Position numbers and translations under genes: made by a program. The notes beneath the pieces were generated by a model. The model ran no database searches. It saw only the letters and a program-made list of their open reading frames with translations, and had not been told where the DNA came from. 64,000 nucleotides of DNA, taken from positions 1,984,001 through 2,048,000 of the forward strand of contig CAUVXB020000002.1 of assembly GCA_963555825.3 (NCBI GenBank). Reading direction: 5' to 3'. Every line of letters begins with the position of its first letter. Position 1 is the stretch's first letter. Positions 11,225 to 22,037 of the stretch are shown in pieces. The stretch comes from Alphaproteobacteria bacterium (GTDB lineage: Bacteria; Pseudomonadota; Alphaproteobacteria; JAAXGF01).

Positions 11225-11344
11225 GGCGCGCCCTGGTGTCGCGAAGGGTAGCCGTCTGCGGCCCGGATGATACAGTCACGCAACATCGTTCGAACATATA
11301 CCAAGGATCACCGATCCTTGGTATCAGCACGCCAGGAGATCGCC

Positions 11345-11896
11345 TTGGTTCTGGTCGAGATCGCACCGCCCGACTACGACGTCGAGGTCCACATCGTCTA
11401 TGCCACCGAGCACAACTTCACCGGCCGGCCGATCTACCGGCGGCCGGGTTGCTATCTCAACCCGGAAGCCGCCGAAGCGTTGGCCCGCGCGATCGACCTG
11501 GCGGCGGCGATCGGCCTGCGCTTCAAGATTTACGACGCGTTTCGGCCGGTCGAGGCGCACCGCTTGCTGTGGCGACACACCCCGGATCCGCAGTTCGTCG
11601 CCGAGCCGACGCGCGGCTCACCGCACTCGCGCGGCGCCGCGGTCGACATCACGCTGATCGACGGCGGCGGGAACGAGCTCGCAATGGGCACCGCGGTCGA
11701 CACCAACGAGGCGCAAGCGCATCACGGCCGCACCGACGTGAGCGAGGCGGCGCAGCGCAACCGCCTCACGCTCTTGGGCCTGATGACCGCCGCCGGCTGG
11801 GACAACTACCGCTACGAATGGTGGCACTATCAGTTGTTCGACGCGCGCCGCTACCCGCTGCTGTCCGATCGCGCGGCCGGCACGGCCATGATGTGA
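11345..11896 (+). CDS. ddpX: D-alanyl-D-alanine dipeptidase (VanX/DdpX family)
   Basis: YATEHNFTG, YDAFRP, SPHSRGAAVDIT, EWWHY. TTG start after AGGAG. Confidence 0.92.
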   Translation: MVLVEIAPPDYDVEVHIVYATEHNFTGRPIYRRPGCYLNPEAAEALARAIDLAAAIGLRFKIYDAFRPVEAHRLLWRHTPDPQFVAEPTRGSPHSRGAAVDITLIDGGGNELAMGTAVDTNEAQAHHGRTDVSEAAQRNRLTLLGLMTAAGWDNYRYEWWHYQLFDARRYPLLSDRAAGTAMM

Positions 11897-12957
11897 GCGC
11901 CGTGGCCCGCCCCACGAGCACGCGCCGGCGCGTTGCCGCGATGGCCCCTGTGGCTCTTGTGGCCCTTGCCGTGTTGGCTGCGGTGGTCCCGGTTCGTCTC
12001 GCCTGGGCGGCCGAGGGGGCGGTAATCGTCATGTACCACCGCTTCGGCGAGGATGCCTATCCCTCGACCAGCACCCGGCTCGACCAACTCGACGCGCATA
12101 TCGCCGAACTCGCGCGCGGCGGCTACACGGTACGTCCCGTCGCCGACATCGTCGCCGCGCTCAAGACCGGGGCGCCGCTGCCCGATCGCACGGTGGGCAT
12201 CACCATCGACGACGCCTACGCTTCGGTCTACGACCACGCGTGGCCGCGCCTGAGGGCGGCGGGCCTGCCCTTTACGGTGTTCGTCTCGAGCGACGCGATC
12301 GACCAAGGCGCCGGCGGCATGATGAATTGGGACCAGATCCGCGAACTCGCCAGGGCCGGGGTGACGATCGGCCACCACGCCGCCGCGCATGCGCATATGG
12401 CGGGCGCGGACCCGACCGCCAACGCCGCCGATATCGCGCGCGCGACGCGCCGCCTTCGCGCCGAGCTGGGCCAGGCGCCGACGCTCTTCGCCTACCCCTA
12501 CGGCGAGTACAGCCTGGCGTTGCGCGACGCGATCGCCGTCGCCGGCTTCAGCGCCGCCTTCGGTCAGCACTCGGGCGTCGCCCATGCGCAGAGCGATATG
12601 TTCGCGCTGCCGCGCTTCGCGCTGAACGAGCGGTATGGCGGTCTCGACCGTTTCACCTTGGTCGCCCAAGCGTTGCCGCTGCCGGTCGCCGACGTCACGC
12701 CGTCCGAGCCGGTGCTCGCCGACAACCCGCCGGCGTTCGGCTTCACCGTGACGGCGGACGTCGGCGATCTCGGGCGGCTCAATTGTTACGCGTCGGGCGC
12801 CGGCGCGACGATCGTCGAGCGCCTCGGCGCGCGCCGCATCGAGGTGCGCATCGACGAGGCGTTCGCGCCCGGCAGAGCGCGCATCAACTGCACCCTGCCG
12901 GGGCCCGACGGACGGTGGCGCTGGTTCGGAACGCAGTTTCTGGTGCCCGCGCCGTAG
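11893..12957 (+). CDS. Exported polysaccharide deacetylase (NodB/CE4)
   Basis: Signal peptide, MYHRFGE, ITIDDAY, FAYPYGE. GTGA overlap with the ddpX stop; alternative start at 11941. Confidence 0.88.
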   Translation: MSAVARPTSTRRRVAAMAPVALVALAVLAAVVPVRLAWAAEGAVIVMYHRFGEDAYPSTSTRLDQLDAHIAELARGGYTVRPVADIVAALKTGAPLPDRTVGITIDDAYASVYDHAWPRLRAAGLPFTVFVSSDAIDQGAGGMMNWDQIRELARAGVTIGHHAAAHAHMAGADPTANAADIARATRRLRAELGQAPTLFAYPYGEYSLALRDAIAVAGFSAAFGQHSGVAHAQSDMFALPRFALNERYGGLDRFTLVAQALPLPVADVTPSEPVLADNPPAFGFTVTADVGDLGRLNCYASGAGATIVERLGARRIEVRIDEAFAPGRARINCTLPGPDGRWRWFGTQFLVPAP

Positions 12958-13010
12958 GCCCAACCGACATTCGGAAATCACCAGCCGGCCGATGCGTCGA
13001 AATCGCATCC

Positions 13011-13085
13011 AAATGGGGTCAGACACCATTATTGAAATTGTTTACCAAATAATATCAATGACATAAATGGTGTCTGACCCCATTT
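13011..13085. repeat. Perfect 20-bp inverted repeat with AT-rich spacer (REP/REPIN-like)
   Basis: AAATGGGGTCAGACACCATT (13011-13030) / AATGGTGTCTGACCCCATTT (13066-13085), between convergent genes. Confidence 0.9.
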
Positions 13086-13126
13086 AAAACGTTGCTGACA
13101 TGCGCGGCGATTGACCGCACAATCCT

Positions 13127-14137
13127 CTAAACTTCGGAACCCAGGCGCAACAGGGCTTCGCCGTTACCCAGCAAGACGCCGTCGAACTGGTGCAGGTCGT
13201 TACCCGCGATGATCGAGCGGATGGTCGCGATGTAGGCCTCGCCGCGCTCGGAATAACGGTTCAGCGTGCCGGACAGCGCATAGCCGTCGAGCCCGCCCAT
13301 GGTGCGCCGCTGGCGCTCGCGCACCAGGCGGAATTCGTCGTAGGCGAAGTGGCTGTTGAGATTGACCATATAGCCGACCACCGAATCGAGCGGCTTGTCG
13401 TAGGTCTTGATTTCGTGGGTCTTGCCCTCGTCGCGGCGCAACGGCACCAGGCCCTTGCCCTCGGTGAAGGTGCGTTGGCCGAACACGGCGTTGCCCTCGC
13501 GCACGAAACGCGAGGTGCCCCAGCCCGATTCCTCGGCCGCCTGGGCAATCGCCAGCGACGGCGGGATCTCGTCGACACGCCGCAGCAATTCCTTGAAGTC
13601 GACACCCTCGACGCCATAGCGCTCGCCGAGCGCCAGCAGCCAGGCGCGTTCGTCGGCCGCGAGCCGGCCGCCGCGCGCCTCGAAGCGGACGCGCAGGACG
13701 GTGACGCGCGCGCGCGCATCGCGGATCTGCTCGTTGGCGTAGAGCACCATCGGCAGCATCAACCGGATGAACACGCTCTTGCGCGTGTCGGCCGACGCGA
13801 CGCGGTACAGATCGGCCGGGATGCGATCGACCAGAATGCGCGGCACGCGGCGGTCGCCGACGCGCACGCCGTCGAGGCGATAGTCGACACGGCCGAACAG
13901 ATCGACCAACGTGCCGACCGTCGCCGCGGGCTCGGTCAGCCAGCGCGCGCGCTCGTCGACCGGTCCGAGCGCCTCGGGCGCCGGAATCGGGATGATCGCG
14001 GCGCTCGTCGCGACATGGGGCACAGTGCGCAGCGCGAACCGCTCGCTCAGCACGATGCCGTACAGCGCCACGACGCTCGTGACGACGAGCGCGAGCGACG
14101 CATATTCGAAGCGAAATTCGTCGGTTTGGCCGTGCAT
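13127..14137 (-). CDS. Bax-like glucosaminidase-domain (GH73-like) protein
   Basis: N-terminal TM, RKSVFI, IPPSLAIAQAAEESGWGTSRF, NLNSHFAY, YSERGEAY. Confidence 0.88.
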   Translation of the reverse strand: MHGQTDEFRFEYASLALVVTSVVALYGIVLSERFALRTVPHVATSAAIIPIPAPEALGPVDERARWLTEPAATVGTLVDLFGRVDYRLDGVRVGDRRVPRILVDRIPADLYRVASADTRKSVFIRLMLPMVLYANEQIRDARARVTVLRVRFEARGGRLAADERAWLLALGERYGVEGVDFKELLRRVDEIPPSLAIAQAAEESGWGTSRFVREGNAVFGQRTFTEGKGLVPLRRDEGKTHEIKTYDKPLDSVVGYMVNLNSHFAYDEFRLVRERQRRTMGGLDGYALSGTLNRYSERGEAYIATIRSIIAGNDLHQFDGVLLGNGEALLRLGSEV

Positions 14138-14567
14138 CCCATAAACCCTTCAGACACCTTGGACGCGTCGTCCCGGGCCACTGGCTCGCGACGACGCCGA
14201 CTTCCGCCCGTAAGCCGGTCAAGGAATCCCCCGGGGACACGCCATCCCCGTTTCATTGACATTCGCCGACGATCCGCGATCGCCGGCCTTGCTCTTGCGG
14301 CGCCACCATGGCGCCGGACGGTAAACGACGGTGGACCACCATCGTCGATAGGGTGGTCCGCACTCTGACGCGTTTACCGGAACACGATGTATACTGCACG
14401 CCCAAGGGGCGCCGAACCGCGACATCACCGAGGTCCGGTCAGCAAGATGGGGTAACCGGCGGGCGATTTCAACCCCCCGCCTTCGATGGCAGGCACGCAA
14501 TGGAAGCATCGCTTATCTCGATCGGGCCGATGACCGGCGTGTCGCGCACCCCATATAGGACGGAGCG

Positions 14568-15800
14568 ATGATCCAGAACAGCAGCGCCACCGTCCCGACG
14601 ACCCCGCCACGGCTCGATGGCGAATTCCGCGCCGGCCCGGTCTCGGACTGGCTGACCGGCGAGGCGCGCATGGTTGGCGGGCCGCGCGCGCAGCTCGAAG
14701 GCTTCTGCCGACAACTCCTGGCCGCGGGCCTTCCCTTGTTCCGGGCGAGTTTCAACCTGCAGACGCTGCACCCGCAGTTGCGCGCCCAATCCTTCGTCTG
14801 GGATCGCGCGACGGACACCGCCAAGGCCTTCGACCATAACCGCGCTGTCGACGACTCGCCCGACTATCTCAACAGCCCGGTGGCGGCGATCCACCACGGC
14901 GCCGGCGGCGTGCGCTGCCGCCTCGACGCCGACCCGCCGCAGCTCGACTATCCGCTCATGCACGAACTCGAGGCCGAGGGCGTAACCGATTACGTGATGA
15001 TGCCGATCACCTTTTCCGATGGCACGCTGAACGCCATCTCATGGGCGACCGACCGGCCGGGCGGCTTCTCGACCACGGAGCTCGGCGAGGTCTATTCGCT
15101 GTTGCCGATCCTCGCGCTACTGCTCGAGGTGGCGGTGACGCGCAAGGTCGCCGGCAACGTACTCGATACCTACATCGGCCGCGACGCGGCGCGCCGCGTG
15201 CTCGCCGGCGACATCACGCTCGGCAGCGGCGAGACGATCACGGCGGCGCTGTGGTACTGCGACATGCGCGGCTTCACCGTGATGACCGAAACGCTGCCGC
15301 GCGACGAGGTCCTCGCGACGCTCAACGATTACTTCGAATGCATGGTCGGCGCGGTGCACGCCCAACACGGCTCGGTGCTCAAGTTCATGGGCGACGGCAT
15401 GCTGGCGATTTTCGCTTGCGGCGATGCGCCGATCTGTGACGCCGCGTCCTGCGCGCTGGGCGCCGCGGTCGATGCGCTCGAGGCACTGGACGCGCTCAAT
15501 GTCGACCGCGTGGCGGCCGGCAAATCGGCGCTGGAAACCGGCCTCGCGCTTCACTTCGGCGATGTCATGTACGGCAATATCGGCGCCGGCGACCGGCTCG
15601 ATTTCACGGTCATCGGCCCGGCCGTCAACGAGGTGGCGCGCGTCGAGCAGGTTTGCCGCGAGGTCGAGCCGCGGATCCTGCTGACCAAGGCGTTCGCCGA
15701 GGCGAGCATCGACGAACTGGTTTCGCTCGGCACCTTCGGCTTGCGCGGCGTGGCGATGCCGCAGGAACTTTTCACACTGCCGGCCGGCGACCCGAACTAG
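14568..15800 (+). CDS. Class III adenylate/guanylate cyclase with GAF-like N-terminus
   Basis: CDMRGFT, KFMGDGMLAIF, YGNIGAGDRLDFTVIGPAVNEVAR. Confidence 0.92.
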   Translation: MIQNSSATVPTTPPRLDGEFRAGPVSDWLTGEARMVGGPRAQLEGFCRQLLAAGLPLFRASFNLQTLHPQLRAQSFVWDRATDTAKAFDHNRAVDDSPDYLNSPVAAIHHGAGGVRCRLDADPPQLDYPLMHELEAEGVTDYVMMPITFSDGTLNAISWATDRPGGFSTTELGEVYSLLPILALLLEVAVTRKVAGNVLDTYIGRDAARRVLAGDITLGSGETITAALWYCDMRGFTVMTETLPRDEVLATLNDYFECMVGAVHAQHGSVLKFMGDGMLAIFACGDAPICDAASCALGAAVDALEALDALNVDRVAAGKSALETGLALHFGDVMYGNIGAGDRLDFTVIGPAVNEVARVEQVCREVEPRILLTKAFAEASIDELVSLGTFGLRGVAMPQELFTLPAGDPN

Positions 15801-16342
15801 CCCGGCCTACGCCCGGCTATTTGTCGACCTCGATATCGTCGGATGTGCTGTCGGTATCGATGATGATGCCGACATCCCAATCGATGATGTCGTATTTGGC
15901 GTCCGACATATTGCCGGTCCGGTCACCCTCGCCGCCGCCCAGGTTCGTCCGCACCGCCGGTCGGCGCATCTCGTCGGCGCCGCCCGGCGCGGCGGTATCG
16001 GCGACCTCGCGTTCGGCATCCGGTTCGGCAGTCGTCGCCGGGTCATCGTCGGCTTCGGACTCATCGCCGACCGTCCCGTCGTCCTCGGCTTTCGGCCCGT
16101 CCTCGACCCCGTCGTCGTCTTCCGGTGACGTCGGTGCGAGCGCCGCGGTCGCCTCGGACGTCGCGGTTTCGGGCGTCTCGGCCGTTTCCTGTGCCGCCAC
16201 GGCGTCCTGCGTTGCCGGTTCTGCCGACGGATCGACCGTGGCGAACAGTATCTCCGTCTCGACGTCGTCGTCGGACGGCGGCGGAACCGTCGGTTCGACC
16301 CAAACGGCCGCGTCGGTGCTGGACGGCGCGTCATCGGCCGAC

Positions 16343-17440
16343 GCCGTATCGGAATCGACCGCGCCGCCCGGTTCGCCCTGCAGTGACACAACCGACGGCG
16401 CGTCGACCGAGAATTCCTTGGCCGGCGCCATCTCTTCGGTGCCGTGGCCCGTATCGTCGAGGCGCCGGCGCGGTATCGGCTCGGACGCCTCGACGGGCGC
16501 TGGCAGGCTCGTGGCGGTTTCCTCGTCTGCCGCCGCGTCAGGCGTGACCGTGGCGGTTTCGACAGGCGTTCCGGCCGGCGCCGTGGTATCCGGCACCGCT
16601 TCGTCTTGAGCCGGCGCGTCGGGCGCGTCGCCCACTGGCGCGGTCGTGGAAATTTCGGGCAAGATCACGATGGGCGGCGGCAGCGGTTCGTCGTCCGGCT
16701 CGGCCGCCGCCGTATCGGAATCGACCGCGCCGCCCGGTTCGTCCTGCAGTGACACAACCGACGGTGCGTCGACCGGGAATTCCTTGGCCGGCGCCATCTC
16801 TTCGGTGCCGTGGCCCGTGTCGTCGAGGCGCCGGCGCGGTATCGGCTCGGACGCCTCGACGGGCGTTGGCGCGATTGTGGCGGTTTCCTCGTCCACCGCC
16901 GCGTCAGGCGTGACCGCGGCGGTTTCGACCGGCGTTCCGGCCGGCGCCGTGGTATCCGGCACCGCTTCGTCTTGAGCCGGCGCGTCGGGCGCGTCGCCCA
17001 CTGGCGCGGTCGCGGAAATTTCGGGCAAGATCACGATGGGCGGCGGCAGCGGTTCGTCGTCCGGCTCGGCCGCCGCCGTATCGGAATCGACCGCGCCGCC
17101 CGGTTCGTCCTGCAGTGATACAACCGACGGTGCGTCGACCGGGAATCCCTTGGCCGGCGCCATCTCTTCGGTGCTGTGGCCCTTGTCGTGGAGACGCCAG
17201 CGCGGTATCGGCTCGGACGCCTCGACGGGCGCCGGCGCGATTGTGGCGGTTTCCTCGTCCACCGCCGCGTCAGGCGTGACCGCGGCGGTTTCGACCGGCG
17301 TTCCGGCCGGCGCCGTGGTATCCGGCACCGCTTCGTCTTGAGCCGGCGCGTCGGGCGCGCCGGCCTCTGGCGCGGTCTCGGAAATTTCAGGCACGATCAC
17401 GATGGGCGGCGGCAGCGGTTCGTCGTCCGGCTCGGCCGCC
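16343..17440 (-). repeat. Three tandem ~366-bp (122-aa) near-identical repeats
   Basis: [15 protein letters not shown]...[10 protein letters not shown] x3. Shadow ORFs start at 16444, 16810 and 17176, a period of 366. Confidence 0.95.
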
Positions 17441-17679
17441 GCGGCCGGCACGAGCGTCGCAACGGCCGGGCGCTGCGTCGCTTCCTCGATCTGTTCGGGC
17501 TCGATCTGTTCGGGCTCGATCTGTTCGGGCTCGATTGGTTCGGGCGCCACGACCGCTTCACGTTCGACCGGCTGTTCGGGCGGCGGCAGCACACTCAACC
17601 GTTCGCGCCGTCGCGGCTTACGCGCCGTTATTGGCTGCGGGGCGGGCTCGACCGCTGCCGTTTCCTCGATCCGCTCGGG

Positions 17680-18890
17680 TTCCGGCGCGGGCACGACGAC
17701 GATAGCCGGCTCGGGCTCTGGCTCGGGCGCGGGTTCCGACGTCGGCACGACGACGATAGCCGGCTCGGGCTCGGGCTCTGGCTCGGGTTCGGGTGCTGGC
17801 ACGACGACGATAACGGACTCGGGTTCCGGTTCGGGTTCCGACGTCGGCACGACGACGATAGCCGGCTCGGGCTCGGGCTCTGGCTCGGGTTCGGGTGCTG
17901 GCACGACGACGATAACCGGCTCGGGCTCGGGCTCGGGTTCCGGCGTCGGCGCGACGACGATAGCCGGCTCGGGCTCTGGCTCGGGCTCGGGTGCTGGCAC
18001 GACGACGATAACGGGCTCGGGTTCCGGTTCGGGTTCCGGCGTCGGCGCGACGACGATAACCGGCTCGGGCTCGGGCTCGGGTTCCGGTGCTGGCACGACG
18101 ACGATAGCCGGCTCGGGCTCGGGCGCGGGTGCCGGCGTCGGCGCGACGACGATGCCGGCTCGGGCTCGGGCTCGGGCTCGGGCGCGGGTTCGGCGCGGGC
18201 ACGACGACGATAACCGGCTCGGGTTCCGGTTCGGGTTCCGGCGTCGGCGCGACGACGATAGCCGGCTCGGGCGCGGGTTCGGGCTCGGGCACGACGACGA
18301 TAACCGGCTCGGGCTCTGGCTCGGGTTCCGGCGTCGGCGCGACGACGATAGCCGGCTCGGGCTCGGGCTCTGGCTCGGGTGCTGGCACGACGACGATAAC
18401 GGGCTCGGGTTCCGGTTCGGGTTCCGGCGTCGGCACGACGACGATAACCGGCTCGGGTTCTGGTTCGGGTTCCGGCGTCGGCGCGACGACGATAACCGGC
18501 TCGGGCTCGGGCTCGGGTTCCGGTGCTGGCACGACGACGATAGCCGGCTCGGGCTCGGGCTCGGGCTCGGGCGCGGGTTCGGGCTCGGGCACGACGACGA
18601 TAACCGGCTCGGGCTCTGGCTCGGGTTCCGGCGTCGGCGCGACGACGATAGCCGGCTCGGGCTCGGGTTCCGGTGCTGGCACGACGACGATAACCGGCTC
18701 GGGCTCGGGCGCGGGTGCCGGCGTCGGCGCGACGACGATAGCCGGCTCGGGCTCGGGCTCGGGCGCGGGTTCGGGCGCGGGCACGACGACGATAACCGGC
18801 TCGGGTTCCGGTTCGGGTTCCGGTGCTGGCACGACGACGATAACCGGCTCGGGCGCGGGCGCGGGTTCCGGCGCCGGCGTCACGACGACG
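17680..18890 (-). repeat. Minisatellite of about 24 units encoding (PE)n-P-[AV]IVV[AV]-P
   Basis: Recurrent ACGACGACGATA and GGCTCG/GGTTCC hexamer runs, with variable unit length. Confidence 0.95.
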
Positions 18891-20030
18891 GGTGCCGGCG
18901 GCGTATTGCGCGCGCGCGTCACCCTGCCGCGCGGCGCGCAGGAATCAGCTGCGCGCCTGCTCGGGGCGCGCCGAGCCGCCGATGGCGTCGCGCAGCATGA
19001 CCGCGGTGCTGTATTGGGCATCGACGTCGCCGAGCGCCGCGCCGCGCCGGAACCACGCCAAGGCCATGACGTCGTCGCTCTGCACGCCTTCGCCGTTGCG
19101 GTACATCTCGCCCAGGTTGGTGGCGGCACGCGCCTCGCCCTGGGCGGCGGCGCGGCGAAACCATTCGAGCGCCGCGGCGATGTCCGGCGAACCACCAGTG
19201 CCCGCGCGATAGAGCGACGCGAGCCGCATTTGGGCGTCCGGGTCGCCGACGTCGGCGGCGGCCTGCAACGCGTGCATCTCGCCGGACGCGTCCGCGCCGT
19301 TTTCGTCGAGGCGCTGGGCCGCGTCGGTATGGCCTTCGGCCGCCGCCAGCCGGTACCAACGACCCGCCGCATCGAGATCCTTCGGCACACCGCGGCCGGT
19401 ACGGTAGAGCTCGGCGAGCTCGAACTGCGCCGGCGCCAGCCCGAAGCCAGCGGCCTTGCGCAACAGGCGCGCGGCGTCTTCCTCATCCTTGGGCACGCCC
19501 TCGCCGTCGAGGTAGAGGAGGCCCAGGTGATACGACGCCATGGGGTGACCCAGATCGGCCGCCCGGCGGTACCAGCGCGCCGCCTGCGACGGGTTGCGCG
19601 GCACGCCCTCGCCGAGCCGATAGATATGGCCGAGATGCAGCTGGGTGACCGCGAAATCCTGCTCGGCGGCGAGCCGGAACAGCGCGATGCCAGCCGCCGG
19701 GTCGGCGGTGATGCCGAGCCCCTTGAGGTACATGTTGGCGAGGTTGGCCTGGGCGCGCGCGTTGTTCTGGTTGGTCGCCTTGCGATACCACTCCAGCGCG
19801 GTCGTGTAGTTCTGCGCGACGCCGCGCCCCATGCGATACAAGTGGCCCAGGTTGGTCTGTGCGCGCGCATCGCCCTGTCCGGCGAGCGGCAGCCATTCCT
19901 CGTAGGCGGCCATGTAGTCGCCCCTGTCGTAGGCACCGACCCCGGCGCGGAAGTCGGCCATCGCCGGCCAGGCGAACGCGACCGAGAGAAGCGCGGCGAG
20001 CGCAGAAACTCTGAGCGGGATGATGCGCAA

Positions 20031-20292
20031 TACCAAGGAGCAGTGATAAAGGCCCATAGAGATCGCGTCCGCTTTTCGCCGGTGAGGCAAGGGAGCCGCA
20101 GGCGATGCAGCGCATCGGCTAGGCAACCTGGCGCCCTCCGGCGATAAGCGGACGCGACCCGAAGGGCGGCTTGCCGAGGCTCTCGGTCGTCGTTGCGCCC
20201 GCCTTGCGATGCGCTGCATCGCCGCGACGGGCGCGCCTAGCCGAAAACCACGGCAAGCCGTCTCCATGGGTCTTTATCACTGGTCCTTGGTA
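20031..20292. mobile_element. 262-bp MITE with 32-bp TIRs (TACCAAGG...)
   Basis: TACCAAGGAGCAGTGATAAAGGCCCATAGAGA vs reverse complement of the right end TACCAAGGACCAGTGATAAAGACCCATGGAGA (29/32). Confidence 0.85.
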
Positions 20293-20351
20293 TGACATGG
20301 GGCGCCTTAAGATTAACTCATCGCAACGGCCGGGGACACGTAAAGTTCCGC

Positions 20352-20840
20352 TCACGCGAGGTTGACCAATTCCTCGTCGGTCAGGTTGCCGGGCACGATA
20401 ACGAGCGGAATATGGAGCTGCCCGGCGAGATGGCCGGCGAGCCATGAAATCAGCTCGCCGTGCTTGGTGTCGGGCGGCTGCGCGCCGACGACCAGGAAGT
20501 TGATCGACGGATCCTCTTCGACCGCGGCGAGGATCTCGTCGCCGATGCGGCCCTCGCGGACGTTGAGCTCGGGCATCACGCCGGCCCATTCGTTGACCTC
20601 GGCGCCGAGCTCTTGAAGCAGGTGCTCGGCTGCCTCGCGCTGCTCGTCGCGCATGACGTCCGCGACCGCCATCCAGTGCTGGAACTCGGCCTGGGCGATG
20701 ACCGTCATCAACACCACCCGGCCCTGCGTGTTCTTGGCGCGCAGGCAGGCGAACCGAACCGCGACACGCGACCAGGGACTGCCGTCCACGCAGACGAGAT
20801 ATCGGGCCCGACCAGGCTTGTGAGCCGGTGCGTCCGCCAT
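20352..20840 (-). CDS. Universal stress protein (UspA family)
   Basis: YLVCVDGS, REGRIGDEIL, LVVGA, IPLVIVPG. Alternative start at 20864. Confidence 0.9.
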   Translation of the reverse strand: MADAPAHKPGRARYLVCVDGSPWSRVAVRFACLRAKNTQGRVVLMTVIAQAEFQHWMAVADVMRDEQREAAEHLLQELGAEVNEWAGVMPELNVREGRIGDEILAAVEEDPSINFLVVGAQPPDTKHGELISWLAGHLAGQLHIPLVIVPGNLTDEELVNLA

Positions 20841-20947
20841 TGCGCCACTCTCCACAATACCCATTGCGCGCCGTCATTCTGCCATCGCACCGCCGGGTCC
20901 CGCAACCACGGCATTTCCCGCCTCCCGGGTGATAACGAATATCTCTT

Positions 20948-22015
20948 TTATTTCAAGAGGATGTTGGTGACTTCACGGAGCTGCGTACGGGCCCGAAGCA
21001 GGTAGAACCCCTGCGCCGCGAGGTGGCTGGGCAGGATTTGGGCGTCGGGCGCGCCGTTGACGACGACCCAGGGGTCGAGCTCGGCGGCGGCCTTGAAGCT
21101 GCCGAGCATCTGCTGCCAGACGGGGCCGAGTTCGCGTTCCTCGATGACGTTGCGGTAATCGACCGCGAGCGCGTCGAGCAGCAGATAATAGGCGTAAAGC
21201 CGGCCCTTGACGCCGTAGAACAGGTCGTCCGCCTCGGTGTCGATCAGCCAGCCAGCGTTGTCGCGAATGTGGCGGTCGAGCGCGGCCGACGACGAGCCGA
21301 CGTCGGCGGCGATGCGGTCGAGCGTCGCCAACAGGTTGTCGGCGCGCCGCTCGAACATTGCCCGGCCCTGGGCGAGCCGCTCGTTGTAACGCACGAGCGC
21401 GCGCCGTGCCGCGCGGTACTGGGCCTCCGACGTCGCGGTCGGCGCGAGCGAGATCGAGAAGTCGAAGATCCACACCGTTCCCGGGTATTTGAGCAGCCCG
21501 GCTGCCTTCTCGAGGTCGGCGTCGACCTCGCTCGAGCCGCGCATGCGGCCGATCTGGTCGGTCAGCTCGATGGCGAAGCGCGATAGCGCCGCGAAGATGC
21601 CCTGCTGGAAGTTGGGCATGTTGTCGAGCGCCGCGGCGGGCAGGAAGAACGGATCGTTCGCCGTCCAGCGATTCTGATCGACCTCGCGCGCGATCAGCGC
21701 GATGGCAAGGCCGACTGCTTCGCTCGCGCCGGGCAGCGCATCGGCCGGCGGCGCGCGGAAGTCGGTGTCGTCGTCGACCCGGTGCACCCAGATCATGCCG
21801 ATCGGGTAGTAGAGCGCGAGCAGAACCAGGATCAGCCCGACAATGCCGCCGAGGCGCAAGCGGCGCCGGACGGGCGGGGCGGGCGACGCCGCCGTCACGG
21901 GCTTGTCGTATGCCTCTATGACATCGTCGTCTTGTGATCTGGCGAGCGGGGCCGGTTCGTCGTCCGGCTCCCCGGGTTCCCGCGGCCCGTCCGGGCGCGA
22001 TGTGTCGTCGCTCAT
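20948..22015 (-). CDS. Membrane-anchored protein, DUF2333-like
   Basis: One TM helix, then LDNMPNFQQG, GRMRGSSEVDADL, ADDLFYGVKG, PSHLAAQGFYLLRA. Confidence 0.75.
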   Translation of the reverse strand: MSDDTSRPDGPREPGEPDDEPAPLARSQDDDVIEAYDKPVTAASPAPPVRRRLRLGGIVGLILVLLALYYPIGMIWVHRVDDDTDFRAPPADALPGASEAVGLAIALIAREVDQNRWTANDPFFLPAAALDNMPNFQQGIFAALSRFAIELTDQIGRMRGSSEVDADLEKAAGLLKYPGTVWIFDFSISLAPTATSEAQYRAARRALVRYNERLAQGRAMFERRADNLLATLDRIAADVGSSSAALDRHIRDNAGWLIDTEADDLFYGVKGRLYAYYLLLDALAVDYRNVIEERELGPVWQQMLGSFKAAAELDPWVVVNGAPDAQILPSHLAAQGFYLLRARTQLREVTNILLK

Positions 22016-22037
22016 CGATTGTATCTAGTGAGCTGGC

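Larger units (their letters stand above)
15817..20298 (-). pseudogene. Large secreted Sel1-like-repeat protein with Pro/Glu-rich and acidic repeat tail, broken into several ORFs
   Basis: Signal peptide plus Sel1 repeats (18945-20030). TGA at the conserved Trp position ([17 protein letters not shown]), frame change near 18900, two 1-bp deletions near 18153 and 18192, MITE at the 5' end. Confidence 0.7.

Noticed and set aside
17680-18890. Repeat array as a possible CRISPR
   Set aside because: No unique spacers, unit lengths vary by codon multiples, and there are no cas genes. It is a coding minisatellite.
18945-18947. TGA as recoded Trp or selenocysteine
   Set aside because: TGA is the normal stop of many genes here (metK, ybeY, maeB), and further frame breaks follow immediately.
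17402-20147. Long Gly/Ser/Thr-rich ORFs on the + strand (GSGSGS-TTTI)
   Set aside because: Antisense shadows of the Pro-Glu minisatellite. The Sel1 region and signal peptide fix the coding strand as minus.
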